DNA of 64,000 nucleotides from Isurus oxyrinchus. Taxonomy: Eukaryota. Shown here piece by piece: positions 24,685-36,239 of the stretch. The stretch covers positions 99,634,001 through 99,698,000 of the forward strand of contig JANJGN010000017.1 of the NCBI GenBank assembly GCA_026770705.1. Reading direction: 5' to 3'. Position 1 is the stretch's first letter. The number at the start of each line of letters is the position of its first letter. The notes beneath the pieces are model-generated. The model was given only the letters and a program-made list of their open reading frames with translations, had not been told where the DNA came from and did no database searches. The translations under genes and the position numbers were made by a program.

Positions 24685-24975
24685 GAATCATCGGAATCAT
24701 CAAAATTTACTGCACAGAAGGAGACCATTCTTCATGCCCATGCTGGTCGAGTATGAGATGTTCAACCAATTTTAACTTGCCATTTCTTAGTCTGTAGTCC
24801 TTTAAGTTCGGGCATTTCAAGTGAATATCCAAGTCGCTTTCAAATGTGAGTTGGGTTTCTGCCTCTACCAGCCTTTCAGGCAGCAAATTTCAAACCCCCA
24901 CCGTTCACTGGGCAAAAAGGTTCTTCTCAATTCCCCTCTACTCCCTTGATCAAGTACTTTCCATCTATGCCCTTA
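24685..24975 (-). mobile_element. CR1 3' fragment
   Basis: gaatcatcggaatcat tail, then atatccaagt..gggtttctgcctctacca..ctttcaggcagc (reverse CR1 end). Confidence 0.85.
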
Positions 24976-24979
24976 CCTA

Positions 24980-25680
24980 GGAAGTACAGAGGATCAGAGG
25001 GACCTTGGTGTGCATGCCCATAGATCTTTGAAGGCAGCAGGACAAGTAGATAAGGTGGTTAAGAAAGCATATGGGATACTTGCCTTTATTAGTCAAGGCA
25101 TTGAATACAAGAAGGGAGGTTATGATGGAGCTGTATAAAAGGTTATGATGGAGCTGGAGTACTGTGTGCAGTTCTGGTCGCCACACCATAGGAAGGATGT
25201 GATTGCACCGGAGAGGGTGCAGAGGAGACACACCAGGATGTTGCCTGGGCTGAAGTGTTTCAGCTATGAAGAGAGACTGGATCGGCTGGGGTTGTTTTCC
25301 ATGGAGCAGAGAAGGCTGAGAGGGGACCTGATAGAGGTGTACAAAATTACGAGGGGAATAGATAGGGTAGGTAGAAAGAAACTTTTCCCCTTAGTGGAGG
25401 AGTCAATAACCAGGGGGCAGAGATTCAAGCTAAGGGGTTGGCGGTTTAGAGGGGATTTGAGGAAACATTTTACCCAGAGGGTGGGGCTATCTGGAATTCA
25501 CTGCCTGAAAGGGTGGTAGCAGCGGGAACTCTCACAATATTTAAGAAGAAATGCCATAGCATATAAGGCTACAGGCCAAGTGCTCAAAAGTGGGTTTAGA
25601 GTAGATGGGGGCTTGATGACCAGCGTGGACACGATGGACTGAAGGGCCTCTTTCTGTGATGTAAAGCTCTATGACTCTAA
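24980..25680 (+). mobile_element. CR1 3' fragment
   Basis: LEYCVQFWSPHHRKDVIA..RRLRGDLIEVYKI; tail ctctatgactcta. Confidence 0.93.
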
Positions 25681-25789
25681 ATTTACAAATTCACATGACT
25701 ACTACCAACTGAGACAAACCACAACCAAAAGTGCTAAGCAAAAGAATAATTTGCTTTAAATTATTGAAGGCGTTATTACTATGGTCTCA

Positions 25790-26690
25790 CTTTATTCATG
25801 GGATGTGGATATTGCTGGCAAGGCCAGCATTCATTGCGCATCCCTAATTGCCCTTGAGGATGTGGTGGTGAGCCACCTTCTTGATCAACACCAATCCATG
25901 TAGGGTGTAGGTACACCCACAGTGCTGTTACGAAGGGAGTTCCATGTTCTTCACTCAGTGACAGTGAAGGATCAGTGATACAGGTCCAAGTCAGGATGGT
26001 GTGTAGAGGGGATTTTGCAGGTGGTGGTGTTCCCCTGTATCTGCTGCTCTTGTCCTTCTAGGTGGGAGTCATGGGTTTGGAAGGTGCTGTCGAAGGAGAC
26101 TTGGGGCATTGATCTTGTTGAAGTAACACACTGCTGCCACTGTGTGGCTGGTGGAGGAAGTGAATGTTTAAGGTGATGGATGGGGTGCTGGACAAGCGGA
26201 CTGTTTTGACCTGGATGGTGTCGAGCTTCTTGAGTGTTGTTGGAGCTGCACTCATCCAGGCAAGTGGAGAGTATTCCATCACACTCCCGACTTGTAGATG
26301 GTGGACAGGATTTGGGGAATCAGGAGGTGAGAAAAATCACCTCAGAATTCCCAGCCTCTGACCTGCTCATGTAGCCACAGTATTTACGTGACTGGTCTAG
26401 TTAAGCTTCCGGCCAATGGCAACCCCTGGGATATTTACACTAAGGGGTTCAGCAATGGTTATGCTAGTGACGTCATGAGAAGATGGGTTGGATTCTCTCT
26501 TAATGGAGGTGGTCATTGTCTGTCGCTTGTGTGGTGCAAACGTTATTTGCCGCTTCTCAATCCAAACCCAATTGTTGTCCAGGTCTTGCTGCATGTGAGT
26601 TGGGACTGCTACATTATTTGAGGAGTGGTGAATGGAATTAAACACTGTGCAATCATTAATGCACACCCCCACTCCTGACCTTATGACTGT
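25790..26690 (-). mobile_element. CR1/L2-group LINE family B 3' fragment
   Basis: MEYSPLAWMSAAPTTLKKLDTIQ and INDCTVFNSI..MQQDLDN..W..K.QITFAPHK (RT domain). Confidence 0.9.
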
Positions 26691-27214
26691 ATTCTGATCG
26701 TGTGCGTGGAGAAAAGTATGAATCCTGTTGCATGGAACTGCATACGAAACACTTACTGTCAAGAATTAAGGGAGACGCACTGCACAAGGCAAGTACTCTT
26801 GAAGTTTAGAAGGACCAAGAGATCAAAATTCAAAGGCTTACTGATCACAATCAATAAAATTGGGAAAAGTAGAAGAAAGGTCTTCTGTACATTGTGGTTT
26901 GTAAAATCCTGAGTAACTATTGCCCTGGATCAAACACTTTTCTTTTTATTATCTTTCATGCAGGGGGCAGCAGAGATCAGTACACGAGACTGTGGAGGAC
27001 AATTTTACTCACCTTGTTTATAAAAAAATAAGACAAAGAACTCTTGCAGCAGTCCTCATGTCACAATCAATCAAAGGTCAAATTCATTCTCTATTACCTC
27101 TGCAGTCCAAAGCAAGATTTTATTTTTCAAGTGGAATGGATTTCAGCACTTTACCTGCGCACTATAATCTAATTTCTGGTCAGTACAATGTATGAGGTGA
27201 TGGGTCACGACCCA

Positions 27215-27595
27215 TTCTGCTTCATGTATGCTGATGGAATCCAGCTGGAATTCCCCTCCGCTATCTCAAGACTGCCTGTCTGACATCCATCACTGGATGA
27301 TAAGGAATTTCTTCCAGCTAGATATTGGGAATACAGAAGCCATTTGGACCTTGGGCCCCATCACTGCCTCACCACTGACTCCATTGCTCTTCCTCACAAT
27401 CCATCCTGAGGCTGAACCAGACTGTTCACATCCCTGGTGTCATATTCCACCCAGGGATGAGCTTCTATCACATACCTGGACCAGCAATGAACGCTAGTTT
27501 CCAACTCCTCAACATTGTTCGACTCTGTTCTTGTCTCAGCTTATTTGCTGCTGAAACCCACATTCACGTCTTTGTTACCTCTGGACTTGACTATT
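27215..27595 (+). mobile_element. L2-type LINE RT fragment
   Basis: ttcatgtatgctgatg (YAD), CLSDIHHWMIRNFFQLDIGNTE, cacgtctttgttacctctggacttgactatt (H.FVTS.LDY). Confidence 0.82.
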
Positions 27596-27962
27596 TCAGC
27601 ATTTGTTGCCCCTAATTTTCCTTGAGAAAGAGCTGGTGAGCCACATTTTTGAACTGCTACAGTCCACCTGATGGTTTGGCACAATTAAGTGGTTTGCTAA
27701 GCCATTTCCAAGGGCAGTTAAGAGTATCATGTTGCTGTGGGTCTGGAGTTGCATGTAGGCCAGACTGGGTAAGGACAGCAGATTTTCTTTCCTAAAGGAC
27801 ATTAGTGAACCAGATGGGTTTTTAACAAAAATGGTCATGATCAAGAAAAGCTTTTAAATGAATTTAAATTCCAACAGCTCCATACAGTGGGTTTTGAACC
27901 CATGGCCCCACAAATTGCCTAGAGCTGTGGATTACTAGGGTTGTGACATTACCACTACATCA
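27596..27962 (-). mobile_element. tRNA-derived SINE (same family as 14853-15245)
   Basis: Reverse complement shares aaggaaatctgc..cttacc..gtctggcctacatg..actccagac and the gtagtggtaatgtcac head. Confidence 0.82.
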
Positions 27963-28736
27963 CTGACGATCCAATGATAAATAACAAGGAAATCTGTCAA
28001 CGTAACCTCACCTGGCCACTTGGCCTTCATACGTTATGCCATTGGGAGGTTGTGTGGAAATAGAATATGTTTTTGAAGGACTTTCAGAGCAAAATGGTTG
28101 CAATAGCACTGGGTGGGGGAGATGTAAATGGAATGAATCTCTGGTCAATTGTCCTCCCCTCACCTGCCTAGGTTACACCAAAAATTGAGGACAATAGCAG
28201 TGGGAAATTTTCCAAGTGATTTTACAGCCATGTTCTGTCGTGTGCATGCAATATTGTGGTTACAGTTCACAGAGAGAGCAATTGTGCATTTCATTTTCAA
28301 TGACCCCATATTCTCAATTTGGTTTGAGGAAATGGGAAGAAATAGCAATGAAGGAGAAACTATCCCTCTGATAAGATCATCAATTCCTGAATTCTGAATT
28401 CTTTCAGATGGGCATTGTCTGTCCCCTTAACAAATAACATTATGACTAACAGCTCACTCACTGAATGGCACTTGTTATATAGTGTTGGAAAGATAGGAAC
28501 AACTGAGCTGAGAACTAATGTGTTACGAGGTGTTCCAAGGGGCCACATTTCACAGCTGTGCTGGAGACTCATGTCATGTTCAACAGAGCCAGTTTAATCT
28601 GGACCTTCTATTGTACAAGGCAGCATGACAATATGAAACATAGAGAGTTCTGATCTTAAAGCCTAAAGTGCGATTATTAACAACATTGGGATCCAAAATG
28701 CAACAAGAATTCATTTCAGTACTTAAACCCCAAAAC

Positions 28737-28755
28737 TCTCGCCCTCTGCTGGCTC
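28737..28755 (-). promoter_or_regulatory. Candidate CTCF binding site
   Basis: Minus strand GAGCCAGCAGAGGGCGAGA fits the CTCF core CCASYAGRKGGCR and lies in non-repeat DNA. Motif match only. Confidence 0.45.
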
Positions 28756-30369
28756 CAACGACAGGTTTCATTTCTTTTGCCACTCCTCACAGTTCCAAGT
28801 GCCTTAATTGCAGGGTGTGGAAATTGGCACCTGTAAGGTCCTAAAAAATACTATAACAAGGAGTGGTGTCACCGAGTTTGGATCCAATCTCAGTGGCCAT
28901 GAACAATGACTCAAGTGATACCATCTGCTGATGACACCTATTGATTATGGCCATTTTAGCACAAGACAACTCTTACTACGGTATTAAATTCAATGAAAAG
29001 GGAAGGTCAGAACAAGTGCTTACTTTGACAATTTTCTACCCTTCTTTCCTGAAAGAGATGACTGATGGGGAGCTTCAGTTTGGCAGATGTTCAGTACCCT
29101 TCAGTACCTTTCCAAATAGCCACTCCAGGAAGTAATTACCTTGCCCCCACCCAACCCCCAAATCTTTGACAGAACATCATCACAACATGGTCTGATGCAT
29201 TCTTCAGCTTATAGCCAGACATTTTGCATATGCACCTTGCAGTAGCAGTCAATAGCTAGTGATTGGTAGCAGTAACCTTGGCAGACTTCTCTCCCCTAAG
29301 CCTAGGCATAGATAGGGCAAATGCAGGAATGCTACGGTCAATCCAATGAAAAACCAGCTGACTCAACGTGGGTTACAATGTCACTTGGTTATTGGCAAGA
29401 AATGTTTCAAATCTAGAGTCCAAATTGCAGCCCTAGCAATTTGAGAAAGAAATCTCTTTAAAGAGAAATCTTTTAAACTAAGTTATAAAGAAGAAAGATT
29501 ACATTTTCCAATTCCTCCCTCTTCTAGAAGGTGTTGGATCCTGCTAGGTTACAGTTCTACCAGGTGTCAGTACTAGTCCTCTACCATGTCCTAAGTGGCT
29601 ACTTGTCATTTCAGCAACAGCAAGATATTCAACTATATGGAGAATCACAGCCAGTTTGTTTCCTGTACTTGCCCAACGTCCAGACGATGCCCTTCTGCCA
29701 GAGGTCACCGGACAGTGATCAGGAGCAGGAACCCTGACTCTACGAGTTCAAACACACCGAGCGCAATTTGAACAGCATTGCCGAGTTCCTTGAACAAACT
29801 AAGCAGGATGCTACAGGGATGGAATGCCTCTGCACACTGCTTACTGATTCTAACTCAGGCCGCAGGTATGATGGAATCTCGTCAAGTCCACACTCTGCTA
29901 CGTGCACAAAATTCTAATACACTAAACCACCTCCCTTTCAGCCCCATTACATCAAATTACTGACCCAGACATGACACTCCAATGTATAGTCCAGGCATGA
30001 AACTATCCCCAGTGATCAATGTTTTCAATGCTCAATGTGTCCAATGCTTTAAGGTTCAGTGAATCAACTTTTGAATTTCTGCGAAGGACCCGAACTCAGG
30101 TTTGGCCTTTTGTACTTCAACAATTCAAAGTGACCGATCAGTGACTTGTTCATTCAAAAACCTTTTCAATATTTTGATGCAGGCGCTTTGCTGTGAAACT
30201 GGTTCCTTCTGATAGGTAACAAAAGGCTTGTGTTTATGCCAAGTCCTTATGTTTCTCAGAAATCCCTCAAAGCACTTGAGCTAGAATTACATTGACTGAA
30301 AAGTATGAGATGCAAATGGCAGCTGTTTTGCCCAGAGCAGTCTACACTTGGGTGGTGCTCTTTCAGTAT

Positions 30370-30686
30370 TGTAATGGGATGTCAACTATGACAGCACCAG
30401 CCAAACCAGTGACCTCGACAACTGAGAGGAACAAGGGCAGCAGACGCATTGAAACACCACTGTCTGCAAGCTCCTCTCCAAGTCACACACTATCCTGACT
30501 TGCAACCATAACACTGTTCCTTCACGTCGCTGGGTCAAAATCCTGTAACTCCCTCCTTAGTGGACCTACACCACGTGGACTGCAGCAGTTGAAGGCGGCG
30601 ATTCACCACCACCTTCTCAAGGGCAATTAGGGATGGGTAATAAATGTTGGCCTAGCCGGCGATGCCTGCGTCCCGTGAATGAATAG
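30370..30686 (+). mobile_element. LINE family B 3' end
   Basis: ccaagtcacacactatcctgactt..ccaccttctcaagggcaattagggatgggtaataaatg..gtgaatgaat tail. Confidence 0.85.
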
Positions 30687-31317
30687 ATGAAAATAGCTGA
30701 AGAGAAGATCCCCAATTTCTCTAGCCTCTTGACAAAAAGGAAGATTATCAACCCTAGAAACCTTCTTGTAAACCTTCTTTCCACCATCAGCAGGTTCTTG
30801 TCAACCTTCTTAGGTGTGGTGCCCAGGATTCGAGAACACTCCAGTTGTGACCTATCCAATTATTTAGCATAGCCTTTTGGACTGAAGCCATGAGTTTGAA
30901 TTCTGCAGAGTTGCACAGCATGTGGGTTCTTATTATACTGACATTATACCCAGCAACATCACAATAATTTACGACATGTAGCTTGTATCTACATCAAAGA
31001 AGAGGCTACTTTTACAACCGGGACTTGGTGCCTTTATTTCTCTCTATTTCACATGCATAAGTTCCATGAATTACCATTGCATTACAACAGCGGATCCCTT
31101 TTCCACAGTAACGTTATTTAGATCTATATTCATCTACGCTTCCAGGAAAGAAATTACATTGCAGCTGAAGGTCCCTTTGAACAATTTCTGCCAGACATCA
31201 TTTTCTGCAGAGCCAGATCCCAGTCAGTTGCCAGAAAAGTCAGGCTTGAAGGGGAACTGGCGATGACATGAGCACTTCGCCACTTGAATCTGGGTTCAAA
31301 TCTAAGCAAGACTTAAG

Positions 31318-33000
31318 GTGCTGAATTGTTACTAACCTGACGTGCTGGGGAGTGGGAGCGGGGAGGGAGGGGAAGAGGTGAGGAGTTCTAAGAGACATGA
31401 GAAACCTGACCGTCAGGATTCACGCTGAGGAAATTTTGCCGCTGTGTTAACGAACAGTTTTCTTCTTGACAGAATGGCCTCCAGCCGGACAGAGAGTTGC
31501 TTAGTGAAGGCTTGCAGCATCAACTAAGGCGGCGAAAGGAGGGGGGATGATCTCAAAGGTGGTGGTGAGTTGCTGGGGGTGGGGGGGGGTGCGAGGGGAG
31601 TGCCGATGTGAGGAGGAAAGAGGAGGGGTGGGGGTGTTGATCAATCACAGGCGTTGGGGCAGAAGGATCCAAGGGGTGGACTGCCGATCCATGGTGGAAG
31701 AATCGGGCACCTGGTGGTGGAGGGGTGGTAGGTCTTCCAGTGGGGAGTGGGGAATCAGAGGCCTCATGATGTTTGGGGGTGGGGGGAATAATGGAAGGCT
31801 TGGGAGGGTTAACAGTATGTCATTGTGTTATTAAGGTTAAGGATGCGCAGTTGAAGGGCATTGATTGATTAGGTACCTTGAGCACATAGGTGACCAAACC
31901 AGCCAAAGGCAGGCTGCAAGAAATATCACAGGCACCACAAGGTTACCCAGTGCAAGAAGGGGAAGGATTGCTAATATGCACGGGGTAAGAGGCACTATGA
32001 CATAAAGCAGAGTGGTCCTGGTGGACAGACATAACCTATATTTCAGAAGAAAGCTGAGGCCACAAAGGAGATTGTGCTGAGACCGGAGTGTGCGGAGACC
32101 AATTGGTGATGAAGGAGAATGCCGGCCATCGAGAGATGCAAGCACTTTGAACTGGGAGGAGACGAGGACAGGAAGGGCCAAGTCATCCAATTTGAAGGTG
32201 CATTTTTTGTGTCTTTTAGATTCACAATAGAATTACTTATAAAGAAAGGTTACCTTTCATGGCCTGTGGGGACCCCAGGGGGTTGAGTGCACTATCTCCT
32301 CCCAAAATATTATTTCAATTTAATTTGTTAAGTTACCTTTTGAGTTTTATTTTTGATAAATGCCCCTTTAAGGGGCTGTGAATTTATTTAATCAGTTAAT
32401 TAGTTCAATAGTGTATGATCATCAGGTCTCAAAAGCGCATAAGGAAAGATTTCTGGGACGCAAGATGTTAGGAGGTAGGAGGCAACCAGATGTAATGCTG
32501 CATCCTGCAAATAAATCAACCATCAAGAAAAGGTTTCACATCTAGTTTCATACGTCACCATCTGGCTTGGGAGCCAGTTTATCAGGGAAGTGGGGATGAC
32601 AGAAGGGTCCGGGGAATCGTGGTGGGTTTGGAATCCTCAGGGCAAAGATCAATAGTGGGATGACCGGTCACAGGGGCACCTCAGGCAGCCAACTGAATCT
32701 GAGAGGTAGATGCACTCACCACCCGAATCCTTGCCTCGATGGAGCAGCACAGGAAAGCCAGCTGACAGCAGCTAAAGTGGTAAACCTGAATAACAATGGG
32801 GCTTACAGACTCCTTATCATAATTCAAGTTCCAACTTGATTCTTTGGAGGGAGTTGATTATTTCTCCACCTTCTGACCTCAGTTCAAATTGGGAATGAGC
32901 AAGTTGGAGGTGGGTTTGGGTCCAGAAATTTCTTTCTTCAGACATCCAGCCCCCGACCCCTTACCCAAACCACCTCATTTTTTTGGTTAAAATTCAGCAC
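31318..33000. mobile_element. ~1.7-kb non-autonomous TIR element (Harbinger-like)
   Basis: Left gtgctgaattgttactaa; right ttggttaaaattcagcac (reverse complement gtgctgaattttaaccaa). 3-bp flanks aag/aat. Confidence 0.6.
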
Positions 33001-33019
33001 AATGTGTAGAATCTAAGTT

Positions 33020-33850
33020 ATTTATTTAGTCTTTCAAGGGGTATGGGCATCGCTAGCTAGATCAGCATTTATTGCCCAATTCCTAATGGCCCTTGAGAAG
33101 GTGGTAGTGAGCTGCCTTGTTGAACTGTTTCACTTCATGTGATGTAGGTACACTCACAGTACTGTTCGGAAGGGAGTTCCAGGAGTTCAACCCAGCGACA
33201 CTGACGGAACGGTGATAAGGTTCCAAGTCAGGTGGGTGACTTGGAGGGGAACTCCCAGGTGGTAGTGCTCCCCTTGTCCTTCTAGGTGTTAGAGGTCATG
33301 GGTCTGGAAGGTGCTGTCAAAGAAGCCTTACTGAGTTGCTGCAGTGCATATTGTAGATGGTACACACTGCTACCACTGTGCATTGATGGTGGAGGATAGA
33401 TAGTGTACTGATCAAGTGGGCTTCTTTGTCCTGGATAGTGTTGAGCTTCTTGACTGTTCTTGGGGCTGCACTCACCCAGACAAGTGCAGAGTAATCCATC
33501 ACACTCCTGACTTGTGACTTGTGCCTTGTAGATGGTCGAAAGGCTTTGGGAAGTCAAGAGGCGAGTTACTTCCCGCAGAATACCCAGCCTCTGACCTGTT
33601 CTTGTAGCCACAGGAACAGGTAGATCCCAAGCCAGATGGTGACGTATGAAACTAGATGTGAAACCTTTTCTTGATAGTTGGTTTATTTGCAGGATGCAGC
33701 ATTACATCTGTTTGCCTCCTACCTCCTAACATCCTGGGTCCCAGAAATCTTTCTTTATACTCTTTGGAGACCTGATGGTAAACCTTTTGTTTATACTAGT
33801 AGCTGGTCCATTTCTGTTTCTGCTCAATGATAGCCCACAGGACATTGATA
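33020..33850 (-). mobile_element. LINE family B fragment, interrupted at ~33614-33800
   Basis: GQRLGILREVTRLLTSQSLSTIYKAQV and DYSALVWVSAAPRTVKKLNTIQDK. Homology to 26360-26440 resumes after the insert. Confidence 0.88.
33625..33777 (-). repeat. 153-bp inverted duplicate of 32420-32572
   Basis: tcccaagccagatggtgacgtatgaaactagatgtgaaacc..ggagacctgatg is the reverse complement of catcaggtctc..caccatctggcttggga, with scattered substitutions. Confidence 0.95.
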
Positions 33851-34448
33851 GAAAGTTAGCTGAAAGTATCCAATATTGAAGCATTTTCAATCCGTATCCA
33901 AACAGGCAGTGATCTACCGCCTAAACTGTTCATGATTTGGCAGTTCTGCATGTTTCTTCATACTCAGAAACAGCCTAAGGCTCTTTAATTTCAGCCTGCA
34001 TCCACTTTTCTCTATCCCTCAATAAGATCCCAGTCTGTTCAGTAGCTCAGTTCTCAATATCCATTATTTGATATATAACCTGAAATCCCTCAATTGGGTT
34101 GCAGCCTGTAGCTCACTCCGTGGTATCCATTCTCCTGTATATAATTCATCTGAACGCCCTTAATTTGAAAGCAGTTTTACCTGGAATATTCTCTTGAATG
34201 TGTGAATCAACAGAGGATATAGTTGAAAGACGGTGATTATAAGTTCATTGAAAAGTCATCACTATCTGTGGCTTGCAGTTAACATCCCATCTGTCGCTCC
34301 ACAGGTTAAGCACCAGCTGTTAACTCATTGAAAAAAATAAGTCCATCACTGACACGGATGCAAAATTTGACATGGGCACTCCTGGTCCCACAGAGAGCTA
34401 CCAATATCAACGAGAGAATGGTTGCTTGCACAATAGAGGCACACCCTG

Positions 34449-34674
34449 ATAAAAGTAAAACAATGCGAATGCCGGGAAATCTGAAATAAAAACAGAAAAT
34501 GCTGGAAAAACTCAGCAGGTCTGACAGAACCTGTGGAGAGAGAAAAACAGAGTTAATGTTTCAAGTCAGCTCTGAAGATGAGTCACACAGACTCGAAGCA
34601 TCAACTCTGTTTCTCTCTCCACAGATGCTGTCAGACCTGCTGAGATTTTCCAGCATTTTCTGTTTTTATTTCAG
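34449..34674 (+). mobile_element. Fold-back short Penelope-type element with a hammerhead motif at the centre
   Basis: Inverted arms tctgaaataaaaacagaaaatgctggaaaaactcagcaggtctgacag.. and ..ctgtcagacctgctgagattttccagcattttctgtttttatttcaga. Core AGCT-CTGAAGA-T-GAGTC-ACACA-GACTC-GAAG-CATC-AACT (34568-34606). Flanking direct repeat agaggcac. Confidence 0.85.
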
Positions 34675-34894
34675 AGGCACGTCCCGTCCTTGTTCATCCA
34701 CAATTTTTTTTTCCCAGAAATTAAAGCATGACTTTACACAGACTGTCTACAGGGCACCTTCAAGAAACATGGGTGATGTGAGGAGGTAAAATGGGGTCTT
34801 GGATTTGCAATACTAATTGGCCATCAAACTGTCAACATCTGCCACCTTCTCTCAAACTGACAACATTTTCTGGAAGGCCCAGATGCTCAGTTAA

Positions 34895-35007
34895 AGGTAG
34901 AAATTCAAACGTTTCAGTCAGTGATTCTGTGTTTCTTCAGATGGTCCGCTGTTGAACCCTGGACTGCAAACAATTAGAAATCACTGAACTGACGAGAATT
35001 TCCACCT
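34895..35007. mobile_element. 113-bp MITE with ~30-bp imperfect TIRs and TTAA on both sides
   Basis: ttaa|aggtagaaattc..cagtgatt ... aatcactg..gaatttccacct|ttaa. Confidence 0.7.
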
Positions 35008-36239
35008 TTAAGTTCTTAGTCTCGCTACAAAGACCTTGTTATACCTTGTTGAGTCAAGTGTAACTGGGCTTTAAATGGTGCACTAATGCATAATTATTAC
35101 TAAACAGCCTCACTGGTTATGAAAGAGCAATTTTATATTTATTGAATGTCAAATGTCTCCATTTATGCTAAGAAACTCCATGTAATTTTAAAAAATATTT
35201 TTAAATGATATTTTAGCTCTAAATTAATTCCATTCGTGTGTTCCACTCATTTATTCCACTGTCTGTGAAATGTAAAATTATAAGTGAAGGAATTCAGTGG
35301 TATTTATACTTGCAGGTTTGCTGTCTGTGAGAAGCCTTCAATGTGATTGGCTGTTAGCCTGCTTGATGACATCACAGCTGTTGTCTGCCCTGAAACCCCT
35401 TGACTTGCCGATTCAAACTGATGCCAGGAGAGGGAAAATCCATGTGGGTAGCTTTCTTCGAGGTCAGTGGTTGAAGTCGTGGCTTCGCCCCGGTTGCGAA
35501 ATTCGACTCAAGGAAACAACGTTAAGGTAATGCTTAGCAAGGATTTGAAAATTGTGGAATTGAGGGAGGTTTCAGACCGGCGTAGATCCTGACAAGTTTC
35601 CGGGTCCCGGGAAAGACTCAGGAGACCGAGCTGTGAAACTTTATTTTAGTGAAGGGAGGCGACTTTGGAGCTGAGGTAGAGCAAGGGGCAGTGCTCAGTG
35701 GGAAAGTTGACCTTACCAATATCAATATCAATACAAGAGAGAAAAAGAGATTGCAATGGGTGGAAAGGGGATTGATCGGACAACAACATTTCCCTGCTAA
35801 CCTAATCGAATGCCAGATTCTTCGGCTCATTCCCTCACAGCAAGACGCAAATATTTCCGTTTAGTTAAGAGTTTAATGAGGCATTTGTCAAAAATACAAT
35901 GTGAGTAGACAAAACAGTATGAAGTATCTGAGGATGCAAAATAACTTCACTGCTTCACGCAATATTGATTGCCCCAAAAGCCTAGCCACTATTTTTAATT
36001 GGATCTTCAAAACAATTTTACTTGGCCGTGAGGGATCTAACTATAAATACAAAGGCACCTTTTGCATCTTAGGGACAAGATTTCAGTCATTTTTATTCAT
36101 CGTTCCACTTCTGGAAATGTTCAATTATTTGTTTTTTTCCCCCCTAAATTCTATGCTTAAACATGTGATGAATGTTAGTGCTAGATAAGAGGATGATTTT
36201 TGTTTCAGGAAACCCAGCTTCGGGATAACATAGCTTACT

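Noticed and set aside
24685-25680. Back-to-back CR1 fragments as a twin-priming inversion
   Set aside because: Both parts carry their own 3' tails and differ in divergence, so two independent insertions is the simpler explanation.
29600-29920. Protein-like stretches (LYEFKHTERNLNSIAEFLEQ; minus VAECGLDEIPSYLRPELES)
   Set aside because: Stops occur in all frames between plausible splice sites and no family is recognised.
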